From positions 29,283,967 to 29,347,966 of the forward strand of contig CM120640.1 in NCBI GenBank assembly GCA_051362555.1: 64,000 nt of DNA, read 5' to 3'. The notes beneath the pieces are model-generated. The model did not search any database. It worked only from the letters and a program-made list of their open reading frames with translations, and was not told the origin of the DNA. Each line of letters begins with the position of its first letter. Positions within the stretch are counted from its first letter, which is position 1. Below, piece after piece: positions 51,001-63,304 of the stretch. The stretch comes from Lingula anatina. Its lineage: Eukaryota; Animalia; Brachiopoda. The translations under genes and the position numbers were made by a program.

Positions 51001-54000
51001 AGCATAATAAATTAATGCATCAGATTCTGCGCATCATTATTGTCTGTACATTTGAGAGCTTTGCAGCCTTGTTTTTTTTATCCATTTTATGTTTTACATT
51101 TCATTATTGTTGAATATCCATGGATAAAAGGCAGATTCCTTTTTGCTTAAATTATGTTTTTTATGAACAATAATCAAGACCCGGCCGGGCAGTGGCACAG
51201 ATACCCAGGGGGTAGGGTCCATGGGGTGAGCTGTTCTTGACAATTTGGCTCAGTGTTATTTTTGCATATATCTTTCTAAATAATTTGTAAGCAGTTAAAT
51301 TAATGTCTCCAGCACCACCTATGTTTTGTCTGGACAGACTTCCTGAAAGCCATCAGTTTTTTTGGAGGTTTCGAATAGTTTTAGTTTGTTTTATTCCTAG
51401 TATATAGAATATTAAATTGGGTAAAGCAGCACAGTTTCTTAGTATTATGAAGATTATAATTAAAAAATAAAATATTAACCATACAAACAGGGCTCAACAT
51501 AAGCATTTTTAGAAAAATTAGCAAAAATTTTCACTTGCCCCAACAGATTCTTACTTGCCCTTCTTTTTAACGGGAATTTCAGGCTTTTGATCAAGGTTAA
51601 ATGAAATGAATTCAGTTAGATAACCATTTTTATGTTGTTATTTGTCACAGTTGCATTCAGTGGCTTCAATTCATATAATTAAAAGTCAAACTGTGGATAA
51701 TGAATACTTTATTACAATGTACAACGGCATGATCCTACATCATTGTGAAATATTAATTTTTTTTGCAGCTGAAACTAAATAAATTAAAAATATATCAATA
51801 AAATATAGAATTATATGAACCACATTAAAGTGTGATGTTTGTTAATCAGGGCCAGCATTCAACATAAGGAATCTGGATGAAGAATTTCTCTATGAAAATT
51901 ACCATTGTCATTAGTAATTGCACAAAAATCACAGAATTTGAAGTACCATCTGCATGCCATATCAGTTAAATAGCTAATCAGGCGTCACAAATCTGAACCA
52001 TTCTTCACTTGTAGCTTAAGCATGTTAGGAAAGCTGGTGAATGGCATTTCATATTGGATAACAAAATACACTGTACTGAAGAGCTTCAGGATGAGTTCCT
52101 TGTTCTTTTCTCCCAGCTTCTGAACAATTATGTCAATGGGGCCTTGGCCACCAACCACACGCACAGCAGCACGTTTTTCGGTAGTTGTGTGCCTGGCTAG
52201 TTTATAACAAGAGTCATGATTAATAGTCCCTAGTAGAGGAGAGGGGTTCTAGTTAACTTAATATAGATCTACCTATAAATTGTTAAATGAATGAATGAAT
52301 GTTTTTCATTATTTTTAATATCAGAGCAAATATCATGAATAAAATACCTGAATTCCAGTCTTCCTGAAACTTTTACAACCCGTAATAAAAACGGATGGGC
52401 CAGCAATATCCTTATGGTCAGAACAATATTGACAGGTAATTCCAAGTTTGTCATCGTATTTGAGCCCTTTGAATTTGGTAAGCCACAAACTTAGGAAATA
52501 GCGCTTCCTTTTATTTTGCTCATACTGTTGCTTGGTTTTCTGTGAAGTTGTTGATCTTTCTTAGTCACAGAGTCTTCTTTGTTTGGTGAATCTTTGATGT
52601 TATTTCTGTCAGGACCGCTAAAATAAGAAAATAGTGCTCCTTGCTTTTTGGACTCCATTGCCACATCTGCTCAGTAGCCATGCGCCATGCATGCTGTAGT
52701 TATGTATTATCACTTTACACCGATACTACCGGAAGTGAATTCCTAGTGCGTCTTACATAGACGGGATATCAAAGAAGAAGAAGCACCCATAGCAAGCTTT
52801 GCCAAACTGACGAAAATGTGTTTTACTCAGTTTAATGTCAAAATCGAAAAATAAACAAATGTTTTGTTCTAAAATCGACGAAATATGGCGGGTACTTGGG
52901 CCAATTTACACTTGCCTGAACGGGCAACTGGCCTCTGATTTGACTTGCCAGACGGACGTTTTCGGGCAAGTCGGGCAATTGGGCAGTGTTTTATATTGAG
53001 CCCTGACAAACTCCTGAACCAGTTGATAACAGACACGTTAATCAGTGCCGTAAATTCCGTAATAGAAAACAAAATTTCCTGAAGACTGCTTAGGGAAAAA
53101 TTGGATCAGAAGCAGGCAAAATGTTTGAGAAACTTAAGGCAGCTGAAAAAAGCAGATTAGTGCATTTTTTTTAGAAATGCCCATGCAGTAGCAAAAAATT
53201 ATCACCCACTATCATATTATACAAATAATTCACTTGAGATGGAAATAGATAAGCTGTGTAATGATAATATATATTTGACTTGAAAATTGATGAAGAATGC
53301 TCAGATTTCTAGGATGAACTTGTGAATTTTGATAAATTGGTCTGGTTTACAAGAGAATAAATATCACTGAATTTAAAGGGATTATAACTCTTCGTTTTGG
53401 CAAAAAAATGAATTTTCCTGAAGTAAACGACAATTTTCCCATACTTACCAATGGTTAATGAATCCATTTTTACATTCAAAGATAGTCCCTGTTTTTTTTC
53501 TAAAAAGTTTGGTATTTTGTTTAAATCTCTTAAGAGATGATAAAAGAGTATAGCCATCAATGGAGGTCACGTGGTCTGAAGACAAGCTCAGATATCAAAA
53601 TAATAGCTATAACTGCCATTTTTGTGGTAAAACAATATATTATATTTCTAGGAGTTGTTCACAATGTTTTTATTGTAAAATATAGATCTCATACCAAGAG
53701 TTCTTATCCCTTTTATTTGAAATGTGCCAATCTCTATAAAAAGTATAAAAAAGATTGATTTTATTATGTTAATATATGAATAATAGAATTATAATTATCT
53801 ATATTAGAAATATATGATATCAAAAAATAAATTATTAGTAATTATCTTAATATAACAAATTCATATTTATCCCCCCTTATGACATTTTTAAGGGACTTGC
53901 TTGGGTTGTACTCAGTAAATCAGTGGTTACATTACAGACACATTTTGGACTCCCTTTAGTGTGCAACAAAAGGCTCACCAAAAAGTATACTCTGAAGTTT

Positions 54001-57000
54001 CAAATAATTGTAATGTTTGAATTATTATATTGTTTGGAAAAATGTTCAAAAATTAATAATTGTACTGTGTGGAATCATCGTACTGTATGGAAAAAGGAGG
54101 AAGTTCCATTTTGTGTACAGACAGATGTGTCTGTACATATAGCCGTAACCTGCATCTTTTGTCACTGTTGCTATTGTCACTGTTGCTGTTGTTGTGCACT
54201 TTCAGGATTATAATAACAAGTGGAATACCATTTTAACTTTTGTCTTCAAACTTACAGAACTGAGAAATTTTCATAAAATACAGGTTATTTTCATCAGCAT
54301 GATCGGACCATCTTCCAAAAGAAAAGCTATTTTATCACTCTTTTTCAGCATATATCCACCATTGTAATAACATGTGAGCCATGTCATATTTTGCTTTGAA
54401 ACTTGCACAATTGATTCATAGGACTAATATACAGATAGAATTTGAAAATTATTTTGATCAGTTTAGTTTCAAAGAAGTTCTGCCTTTTTATGCCAATCTA
54501 TAGCTGTCATCAGTGCCAATTTATTTAGGCCCCATTCAGAATAGATGCTCTGAGAACTAACTGATCCACCAACTAAATATGGCAGACCCCACTTCAAAAG
54601 CAGTGCTGTTAATTCTCCACACATGCCATTAAATGGATTAAGGCCGGTGATAGGGTTAACTATGCTTAAAATCATGTTTTTGAGTTTTTTGTGTGTTTAT
54701 ATTAATCAAAAAAGTACCTAACGTTGGATGTAATAATTTTTATGAATTTGCATTGCAAAATGTGTCTTTTGATGAGTTTTTCAACCAGGACATACACCAG
54801 TCAGGCTGACAACTAAGCCACGCCTCTGTTACTAAGGGCCGTTGCCATGAGGGGGTCGGAGCACAGTTAATGAGTTATAAGCCGATTACGTGTGCGGTAA
54901 TAGGTCATAAGTCTTACATTAGCTTAGCAGCGAAGAAGTCTAGCTAGTACACTATGGGGAAGAGAAAAGTTCGTGTTAAAAGTCCATCTCCAGAGGAAAG
55001 AAAGAAAATTCTGAAAGAGAGTAGGGCCTATGCGTGGCGGTTGGGGAAAACCGGCCCTATTTGTTCAGTCGGATGACTGATTTCTGTATACCTAATAAAT
55101 GGGTGAAAGAGTTAATCGAATCGTTTAAATTAATTGACAAATGAAAGAAAAATCGATAAATAAATAAATAAAAATGCTAAAAAGCCTAGCTCTTAATTTT
55201 TGCGATATATATCGGCGAGCGTATCTGCGACACGTTACGAAACCGGAATGATTGTTGGTCGCCATTTGCAAAAGGTAAATCTAATGTTGACAAAATAAAA
55301 TTTTATTCTCCAAGATATGATATCATGTAGCTTGAGAGACACGCGAAAAATTGTGATGTGAATGGCCAAACGAGAGAAATCCAAGCAAGGGTTGACATCA
55401 TGATTAAAACAATAAAAATAAAAACGCATGTTAGCGGCTTTGCATTTTGCGATGTTTGGAGAAAAACAATTTCAAAATCACTGATCAAGCGTGAAGAAAG
55501 AGTTCAAAATGTATCCAAAAATGAAAATCACAAAAAGACACCAAGAATAGTCAGGAGTAGCAGGTAAAACGCAAATAGGGTTCAAGTGTCATGTGTGTAA
55601 AAATAAAATATTTATTCAAAAGCCTTCTCTCAGCCACTTTTACCGCTGAATCTTGTGCAGCTGAGCGTCTCCCCTTTATCTTAGCTGGCATTTTGAGAGA
55701 TACCGCTCTGAAGTAATCACTGGATTTTTCCGTTGATCTGACGATTTGCCGTTGATTTGCCGTGCAAAATAATCCTGCAGCGTTACCCGTCAAAAAAATC
55801 GTATTTTAAAACACAAGTGACGGCCACATGCTCTTGACAGACAGTTTTATCTGATCACTTTGCCGTTAACATAAAAGTAATCTCTCAGGTAAAATTACTC
55901 GATTGCCGAGGAAGAGCCATTGAAACGTTCAAATGCAACTTCACACCTCTTAATTGCGGTTAAACGTAATCGCCTTTGTTAGCGCTTCCTTCTACATATC
56001 CTTGACACCCTACTGGGCATCACTAGGCTAGGCCCTCTCCAGAGCTGTCAATCAAAATGGCGGCACGCTTACAGGCCTAACGAGTGGTCGGAAAATGTAA
56101 CAAAAGCACGATTTTCTTCCCTTTCAAAGCACCCAAACAAAATATTTTTAGATGACAATGAGCAATGGTTCCATCTGATCGTATAACCGATAACAGGTAA
56201 ATTTGCCAGCTAAGTATTTGACTAATAAGCCCTGTTAACCAACCTGTGAACGTTTTTGGCTGTTTTAACAGCTTTCTATATTGATGAGATAAGTGAATCG
56301 CTGCCAAGTATATCTCACTATCTGAGCAACCGATTGTTACAAAAGTTGCACTTATTGTTGTTAGGAATGTGGACTACAGCATGATATCAGGGGTTTAAGA
56401 GGAAATTGTTTGTTTGAAAGTTATCGCCTTTTGAAGTGAATAACCCATTGAAATATGAGCTGATTTAACGTAAAAGATGATAAAATCAAAAGTAAATAGT
56501 TAAAGACAATTCCCTGGTACCCCGCTGTAGTGCTTTCACCCAGCTTTATGAGGCCTTTTGAATCACTTGAATAGCTGTCTTGGTTATAGAGAAAATCCCA
56601 ATACCGAAAACGGCATTTTTCCCCTCAAATTGGCGCCAGAGCGTCATCCGTTGGACACTGTACTTAATCCCCGTCTTTAATTGGCCTATTGGGAAGTTTG
56701 TTTTAATTTTCTATAAAAACTTATAAGCCCAGGGCTTTGTTTCTATGACTTTGGTCCTTTTACTATTAGTGGCCTTAAATCTCGGCTCTGAGGTTTAATT
56801 GCTAGGCTCCTGCAGTGACAGCGCCTGTTGAGGTGTGGGGACACCGTCATAGAATCAGCAGCATCGCTTTTAAAATGGGGTCGGCCATATTTAGTCCGTG
56901 GATCAATTAGAACTCGGACCATCTATTCTGAATGGACCCTTATATCCATTTTACTTGTTGTGCATAATTAAAATTTGGTGTGGACTTTGCTGTTAAGCAT

Positions 57001-60000
57001 CATGTATTACTGCATCAGAATTGACAGTAGCTTATTTTGTGCATCATTATTTTCTACTTTTTATCTGTTTACAGTCCCAGTATTGAACTAATTGGATATG
57101 TCAAAGTGTTCTTATGAGATTTTCTGCATCATAACAATATAATTAGTTGATTATATAAGAATCTGTTATTGTGTTTTGTATAAAAAAAAAGTGTCAGATA
57201 TGGAAATAAACTCGTATCATTGCAGTTTGTCAGATTCCATACTTCACTATGTTCAGAATCTCAGAATGGAGCATATTGGACATTTAAAGATGTTTTGATA
57301 TTTTCCAATCTCAACAATTTTGTTAGTAGATCATGTAAAAATAGTAAATTGGTTATTTTGCATTATGTTAAAAAAGTGTTGAAAATGGAAATGAACTCAT
57401 TTTAGTATGTATAGTTCTTTCTTGTTCACATTTTGTCATTTTCAAGGTGTGACTTTGAACTTCCATTGGCTTGAAAAGATTTGCTCATCACATTTTCTGA
57501 TTGTCCACAATATTAACATTTTATTATTTAATATTGATGGTTATTATGCTGTGAAGCATCAAAATTGTAGAAAACCCATATTTGGGCACTGCTGCCATAG
57601 TGACCACTAAGGGAATAGTTTGTTACTTATGATTCTCAAACCTACTGAAAACGTGGAAAACCAGTCTGCTTGCAATTTTTTTCTGTCAGGTTTTTTTATT
57701 TGTTAATAAAATATTTAGCGCTTATTTACCAATTCATATGATTCAAGGTGTTCTAAGGGCATACTAGGTTGTTACACATTTATTAATAACTATCCATGGG
57801 CAAGGCTTTCAATGCTGCTCCCAACAATTTCTAGGTTGTGCCTACATTTTTGATGATGTGCCCACGTTTTCGGCTTGGGAGTACCCATGTTACTAAATCT
57901 CAAGACTCGGATCTTTTCGATGGGGAAATGGTGAATTTTACAGATCTATACTTTATTAAGTCAAAAATTCTTAAAATTGGAACATTGTTATGTAAATTTT
58001 AGCAACAAAATTGAAAAGGAGATTACAACATAGTTCTATTCTATGTAGTTAAAGCACCAAAAATGCTTTGTAGAAATGTATTTTTAATTCCAAAATTATT
58101 TATCTGAAATGTTGATAATTTTTCATCAAAAAAGGTTACCACAGTCTGGAACCGAACAATTTGTCCATGTGTGCCTGACTTGCTGCATAATACAGGTTCT
58201 TATCTGGTTTTGAGCAGCTACCAGTGCTGTTACATTCCATGCTACAGTGATTCAGAAATGGAATGCAGGCAAAATATATGATCATAACCCAGGGGTTCAA
58301 CTTCCAAGCTATGATGTTTATAATATTGCACCAGGCTGTCACTATTTTGGTATACATAATACTATTTCTGCAAGAGGAATACATAGTTCACAGTGCCATG
58401 GGTATAAATTTGATGTAACATGCACAGCATTAGTCCATACATCTAAGAAAATAAAAGTGCATTTCCTTCAATATTGCACACATGCTGACAAGTATCATTC
58501 CTGATATTCTAGTTCATGACTGCTTTAATCTAATTTCCATGCAGCAGGTCACCATTTATCATCCAAATGGCTGCACAATCTGTGATGGGGAATTGCATGA
58601 TGAATAAAATGTGAAATATGGATTCACATTCCGATTAGAGAAAATTCTGTTATTTTTGAAACTTTGAATTTTTAAATGTACATATTTACTTTATTTATGA
58701 CATTGAAATAATGAGCTGAGATGATAGAGATCTTTTTATTCATTCTTTATTTGCACTTTGAGTAATGATGAATGATATGCAGGTAATGTAGATATTTTGC
58801 AATTTGTGAAGTGGGAATGTAAGAAGCACTGTGTACCTGTTAGTGCCATGAATCTACGTGTGATACATTGGTGAGGTGCAGAACTATAGATCACTCTGTA
58901 TGTGGTGCTAAATGTAATAGATAGAAAAGCTTTATATAAGAATTTGAGCCCCAGATGACCTGAATGTACTTCCCAGGGTACTGCTCAGCCATTTTTAGTC
59001 TATGTGGGTACCAGGTGTCATATGCTTTTAACCTGACCTACATAAGGAATCAAATCACATTTGGTCCCCATTGAATGGTCCACCATTTTAGTCGTGTCCG
59101 ATAGTCATCCAGGATTTAAGTATAGCATTAGTAAAATCATCAGTTAGCTCATGAGTGATTTCTTATGTTGAAGGTGTACCATCATAGAAACTGGTAAGAT
59201 GTGAATAGAATTAGTTGATCACTATGGATTTTACCATATAGTGTAAATAATAATAGATAAGTTTTGTGTGGGAAGATGCTTAGTAAAAGTATATTTAGAT
59301 CGCCCCTTCAGGTCTATAGTGCTCCAGGTAGCACAGTGCAGGTATACAAATGTCTATGCACATGCAGAGAGCATCCCTCTTTTTATATACAGACACTGGA
59401 AGGTCCTCTCCATGTAGACACTATTGTCACTGTCACTGTCTGACACTTGACGTTTGCCCCATAACTTCTAAATTATATTTTTGTTTTACTTTAAATTTAC
59501 TGAGTGGCTTTGTTTGGCAAAGAGGCAGGTTGCTTTAAAAAAGGGCATGAAAGGGTTCCATTTACGGTAATTTGTTGTTTTTTTTTTCACAATTTTTGTT
59601 ACGTTCACTCCATAACTTCCAAACTGTATTTTTGTTGTACTTTAAATTTACTGAGTGGCTTTATTTGGCAAAGAAGCAGGTTGCTTTTGAAAACTGGCAC
59701 AATCGGATCACATTTATGGTTATTATTCTGGTTTTTTTGCACAATTTTGTGATGTTTGCCACATAACTGCTGTTCAAAGTGTATTTGTTTTACTTTAAAT
59801 TTACTGAGTGGCTTTGTTTGGTGAAGAAGCAGGTTACTTTAGAATATTGGCTTGATTAGGTTACATTTATGCTAATTATTTTTTATTTATATATTTATTT
59901 ATTTTTGAATTTTTGCTGCCTTGTTTCTTGTATGGTGCCTGTATATTTGCCAGCTTTGCTTAAATCTTATTTTGCTGTGTACAGTCTTTTCTGAGATTCA

Positions 60001-61438
60001 AAGAAATGAAATGTCATAATTTCCATATATTTATTTCCCCCACCTACCGTAAGTTTCATGACGCTCTTCGTAATACATAAGGCAGATGAGGAGTGACCCT
60101 TTTTTTCCTGAGACAGGTGCTATAAACAGTGCCCATTCACTTATATTTGAAGCTGGTAGCATCAGTGGACTCAAACCAGTTATATGATATGATATGATTA
60201 AGCTGAATGACCAGCGTAGCATCTATGTCTACCCTTTTTTTAATTTCAATACATCATCTGAAATCAACTGATTTTAAATTTTTTTACCAGTCTAAGATCA
60301 GAAATGTTTTTAGTCGCAGGGCTTGCTCGGCGTAGATCCATTTCCAAAGAAAATTCAATTGCCCTTATCATAGAATACCAACTGGTGCTCAAACTGAATT
60401 CAGTGTCACCTTAAATTACTAATTAATTATATCATATTAAACATATTGATAAAAGGCAATCTAAGGAACCTACCTGTGCCAATAGACACATCTTGTTGTG
60501 ACTATTCCAATCTTATTTGTATACACTAGCTGTGCACAAGTCTGGGTGCATATTAAGACGCCCATTGATACAACCTGAACGTAAATTAAGCATTTAATTG
60601 CCATACTGTCCACAAAACAAATGCATTTAAAATTTGATGTTAGAATCAAGAAATTACAAAAAAAAAAAAAAAAAAAATGGTCTGGTCTGATCTGATCTGC
60701 TCCTTCCTACCTTGTGCAAACCACATGTTTATGAAGACGGTCCAATTGTGGGGGGAGGGGGGTCACAGGAATGGAGGTCTTCACAGATTACGCTTAGTAA
60801 TATCAACCTTTCATGTATCTCTGTCTTCTCTGCCATACAAGTAACTGTATTTATGTATAATGAAGACATCAGTTGTCCTTATTGTTGACAAATCAGTTTT
60901 CCATGTAGATGAACTGCTCACAGATGTTCATCAGATTTTGACAGCGCATGGTATTTGGTGCCAAAAAGTCTAGGCTGGTCGATCCTGCATATATTTCTGT
61001 GGAATGATTGTAGTAAATGTAAAATCTTGCAGTATTTGACCTCAGTAACTTGTCCCTATTTGCATACATATTTTAAACAAATTTGAAAATAAATTACTTA
61101 TTTATTCAAAACTTTTTACTGCCATATGGTCTACGAGAAGGTGTTTTAGGACATATCCGACCCAATGTTGATATTTGGTGTCTAAACAGAAATTTGAAGG
61201 TTCTCCTTGTTTATAGTCATTGACAAGAGCCATTGAAAGCTCAACAACTGATAAAGGGCGGTAGCATGCAGCATCTATTCACTGGCTTGAAAATTTACAT
61301 CTAGTCTTGCTAACAACATGGTCAAACAATCAGAACAAGAAAAAATTCTGTTGCATGATTTTAACATTTGTTCTAATTTTTTGAACCCAGAAAAAAATTT
61401 AAGATAATTTATTATTTTATTTATTTTTATTATTATTA

Positions 61439-61473
<35 letters not shown>

Positions 61474-63304
61474 TTTTTTTTTTTTGGTCGGATTGTTTGC
61501 ATGGATCAAACTAGCGTAAATTCTTATAACAGACCATTTTTCTTGGATGTTATGCCTTTTTCTTTTCATTTTTACACTTGAGGCCTAAAGTCCTGTGCTA
61601 CTATTTTTTGGGATTGTCCACTTTACATTAGCACATGATAAAAATTGATGGTGATTATGCTGTTTAGCATTATGTAATATTATTTTGTGCACTGTCATTG
61701 TTTTTTGTACTTTATTTTTGTACATTTGACAGCTTTGCTGCCTTGTTCAAGTATAAAATGATAAAAATTCTGTATCAAAAGCACTGGAATAATAATATCA
61801 ATTCCTTATTGTTTTCATTTTATCTTTTCAGAATTCTATTCGGCACAACTTGTCACTTCACAGTCGTTTTATGCGTATACAAAATGAAGGCACAGGCAAG
61901 AGTTCTTGGTGGGTTATCAACCCTGATGCCAAACCTGGGAAGTCCCCACGCAGGAGGGCAACTAGCATGGATACAAAAGCATATGAAAAGAAACGTGGTA
62001 GAGTGAAGAAAAAGGTGGAGCAACTCCGCCAAGCTTTAGAAGGGAGTCCAGCCTCCTCAGATGGCTGGGTGGATTCCCCTCTCCATCACCAGCTAAGTCC
62101 CGAGCATTTCCGCCCACGTGCAAGTTCTAATGCCAGCAGCTGTGGTCGCCTCTCACCCATATCAGCAGTGTATGAGCCAGACTTGCATGAAAACCAAGTT
62201 CCTCCCATGTCTCCTATACCTTGGAATGACATGGGCAGCTCCTCAAATCTAAGTGCTCCTTTTAACAATAGTGGACAGGACAGGTTTGCTGACTCACTTA
62301 CTGACAGTATGGCAGACATGATGAAGTTAGAACCCGGCAATATGTCACCATGTATGTCTGCCTTCACTGGAGATCAGTTTGACGCAATGAATGGTGGTGG
62401 TGGATCACGAAACAGTCCCATGCCTCCCACTTTCACCACATTAACCAACGTCCCCAATGTAAGCAGTTTTAACAATGTAGGACAAACCCTGGGACAGTTT
62501 GGTCCACAACCAACATCGCAACAGAGTAATGGCTACAATAACTTGCAGTTTGGCTCCAACCTCCCAGCACCCCCACCTTATCCAGAGACACTGCGCAGCA
62601 GTCCCCAACATAATATTATATCCACTACCATCCAAAATGGTCAGATGAGTGAAACACGGGAGTTCTTGGATTTGGATGAATTGAATTCCTCCATGGGTTT
62701 GTATCAACCAGAGCCCATCATGGGAGACAACCCCATGTTGTCCACTACAGGTTTAGGCATGCAAAACCAGGGCCGAAATCTGGACTTCACCCTGAACAAC
62801 CACAGTGCATTCCGTAATACTAACAGCCTTAATGTGGTACAGCAACAGCAGCAGCCATCACAGCAACCCCAGCGTTCACCTCAGCTCCAGCGGGCAGTAC
62901 AGTCTCAACAGCAACAACATGCGCCAGTGAACAGAGTAGGTCTATCTGTTGGCACAGATAATTCCCTGCTGCGTCAGGCCTTACAACAGCCACAGACCAA
63001 ACAGTTGCAAGTACCTCGGATCTCGGGCTCTCCTACCAGCTTGCAAATGAATACTTCTAATTTCATGGGGAACGTTGCTAATGTGAACACTGTGAACATG
63101 CAACAACAGCAACAGATGGGTGGGCAACTGCAAATGTTTCCTAATGATATAGACCTTACACTGGATAGCCTGCAAGCAGAAGGCATAGAATGTGATGTTG
63201 ACCAAGTTATACGACAGGAACTTAGCATAGATGGAAACTTAGACTTTACTTTTGATCAACTTCAGCAGAATTTTCCAAACTCTAATACCAATTTGGTCCA
63301 GTGA
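48041..63304 (+). CDS. FoxO: Forkhead box O transcription factor, 2 coding exons (48041-48436, 61832-63304), 622 aa
   Basis: Forkhead domain [18 protein letters not shown]...[10 protein letters not shown]|[13 protein letters not shown]...GKSSWW, split at the conserved FoxO intron (AAG|gtaaga ... ttttcag|AAT). Three Akt sites [16 protein letters not shown] and RPRASSNA; C-terminal [26 protein letters not shown]. Confidence 0.96.
48980..49403 (-). mobile_element. Harbinger remnant with a Myb/SANT-like ORF fragment
   Basis: TTA|GGGCCGTTCAC terminus at 48980. Minus strand 49403-49280 reads [26 protein letters not shown]..(frameshift)..GNAKNKTVF, the Myb/SANT (trihelix) motif of Harbinger ORF2. 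Confidence 0.6.
49468..49680 (+). mobile_element. 215-bp foldback MITE, copy 5 (FoxO intron)
   Basis: Collinear with 14375-14589, more diverged. Confidence 0.82.
49895..50060. repeat. Interspersed repeat, second copy at 53385-53540
   Basis: TAACTCT..GTTTTGGC..AGTAAACG..TACTTACCAATGGT..CATTCAAAG..AAATCTCTTAAGAGAT occurs at both positions. Confidence 0.75.
51488..53005 (-). mobile_element. Internally deleted hAT-family transposon (ZNF862-like transposase N-terminus) with 5-bp TSD
   Basis: TIRs CAGGGCTCAACATAA / TTATATTGAGCCCTG with ACAAA on both sides and CTTGCC subterminal repeats. Minus-strand fragments read [37 protein letters not shown] and [31 protein letters not shown]. Confidence 0.8.
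53060..53255 (+). pseudogene. Second ZNF862/hAT-like transposase fragment
   Basis: Reads [16 protein letters not shown](fs)[17 protein letters not shown], the LF..AH..AK...P.SDY motif. Confidence 0.55.
54528..56939. mobile_element. PIF/Harbinger-type element, ~75-bp TIRs, TTA TSD
   Basis: GGCCCCATTCAGAATAGATG..TGATCCAC..ACTAAATATGGC..ACCCCA..AAAAGC and its reverse complement ending at 56939; TTA flanks both sides. Confidence 0.8.
54642..56774. mobile_element. Kolobok-like non-autonomous element (TTAA TSD, GG..CC termini) nested in the Harbinger element
   Basis: TTAA|GGCCGGTGATAG ... CTATTAGTGGCC|TTAA. Excising it leaves a MITE-sized (~275 bp) Harbinger element. Confidence 0.55.
59375..59880 (+). 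repeat. Three ~151-bp tandem units, probably the core of a HINE-type element
   Basis: CATAACT..TACTTTAAATTTACTGAGTGGCTTT..GCAGGTT starting at 59460, 59611 and 59762, preceded by TTTTTATATACAGACAC and a short GTCACT repeat. Confidence 0.75.

Larger units (their letters stand above)
54108..57630 (+). mobile_element. HINE-type element split by nested insertions
   Basis: 5' end TTTTGTGTACAGACA..TGTCTGTACATA as at 39952. Homology to 40070-40590 stops at ~54520 and resumes after 56942. The right boundary is approximate. Confidence 0.62.

Noticed and set aside
62086-63228. Antisense ORFs within FoxO exon 2, and likewise those opposite NK7 exons
   Set aside because: Shadow frames of the real coding exons with no independent support.
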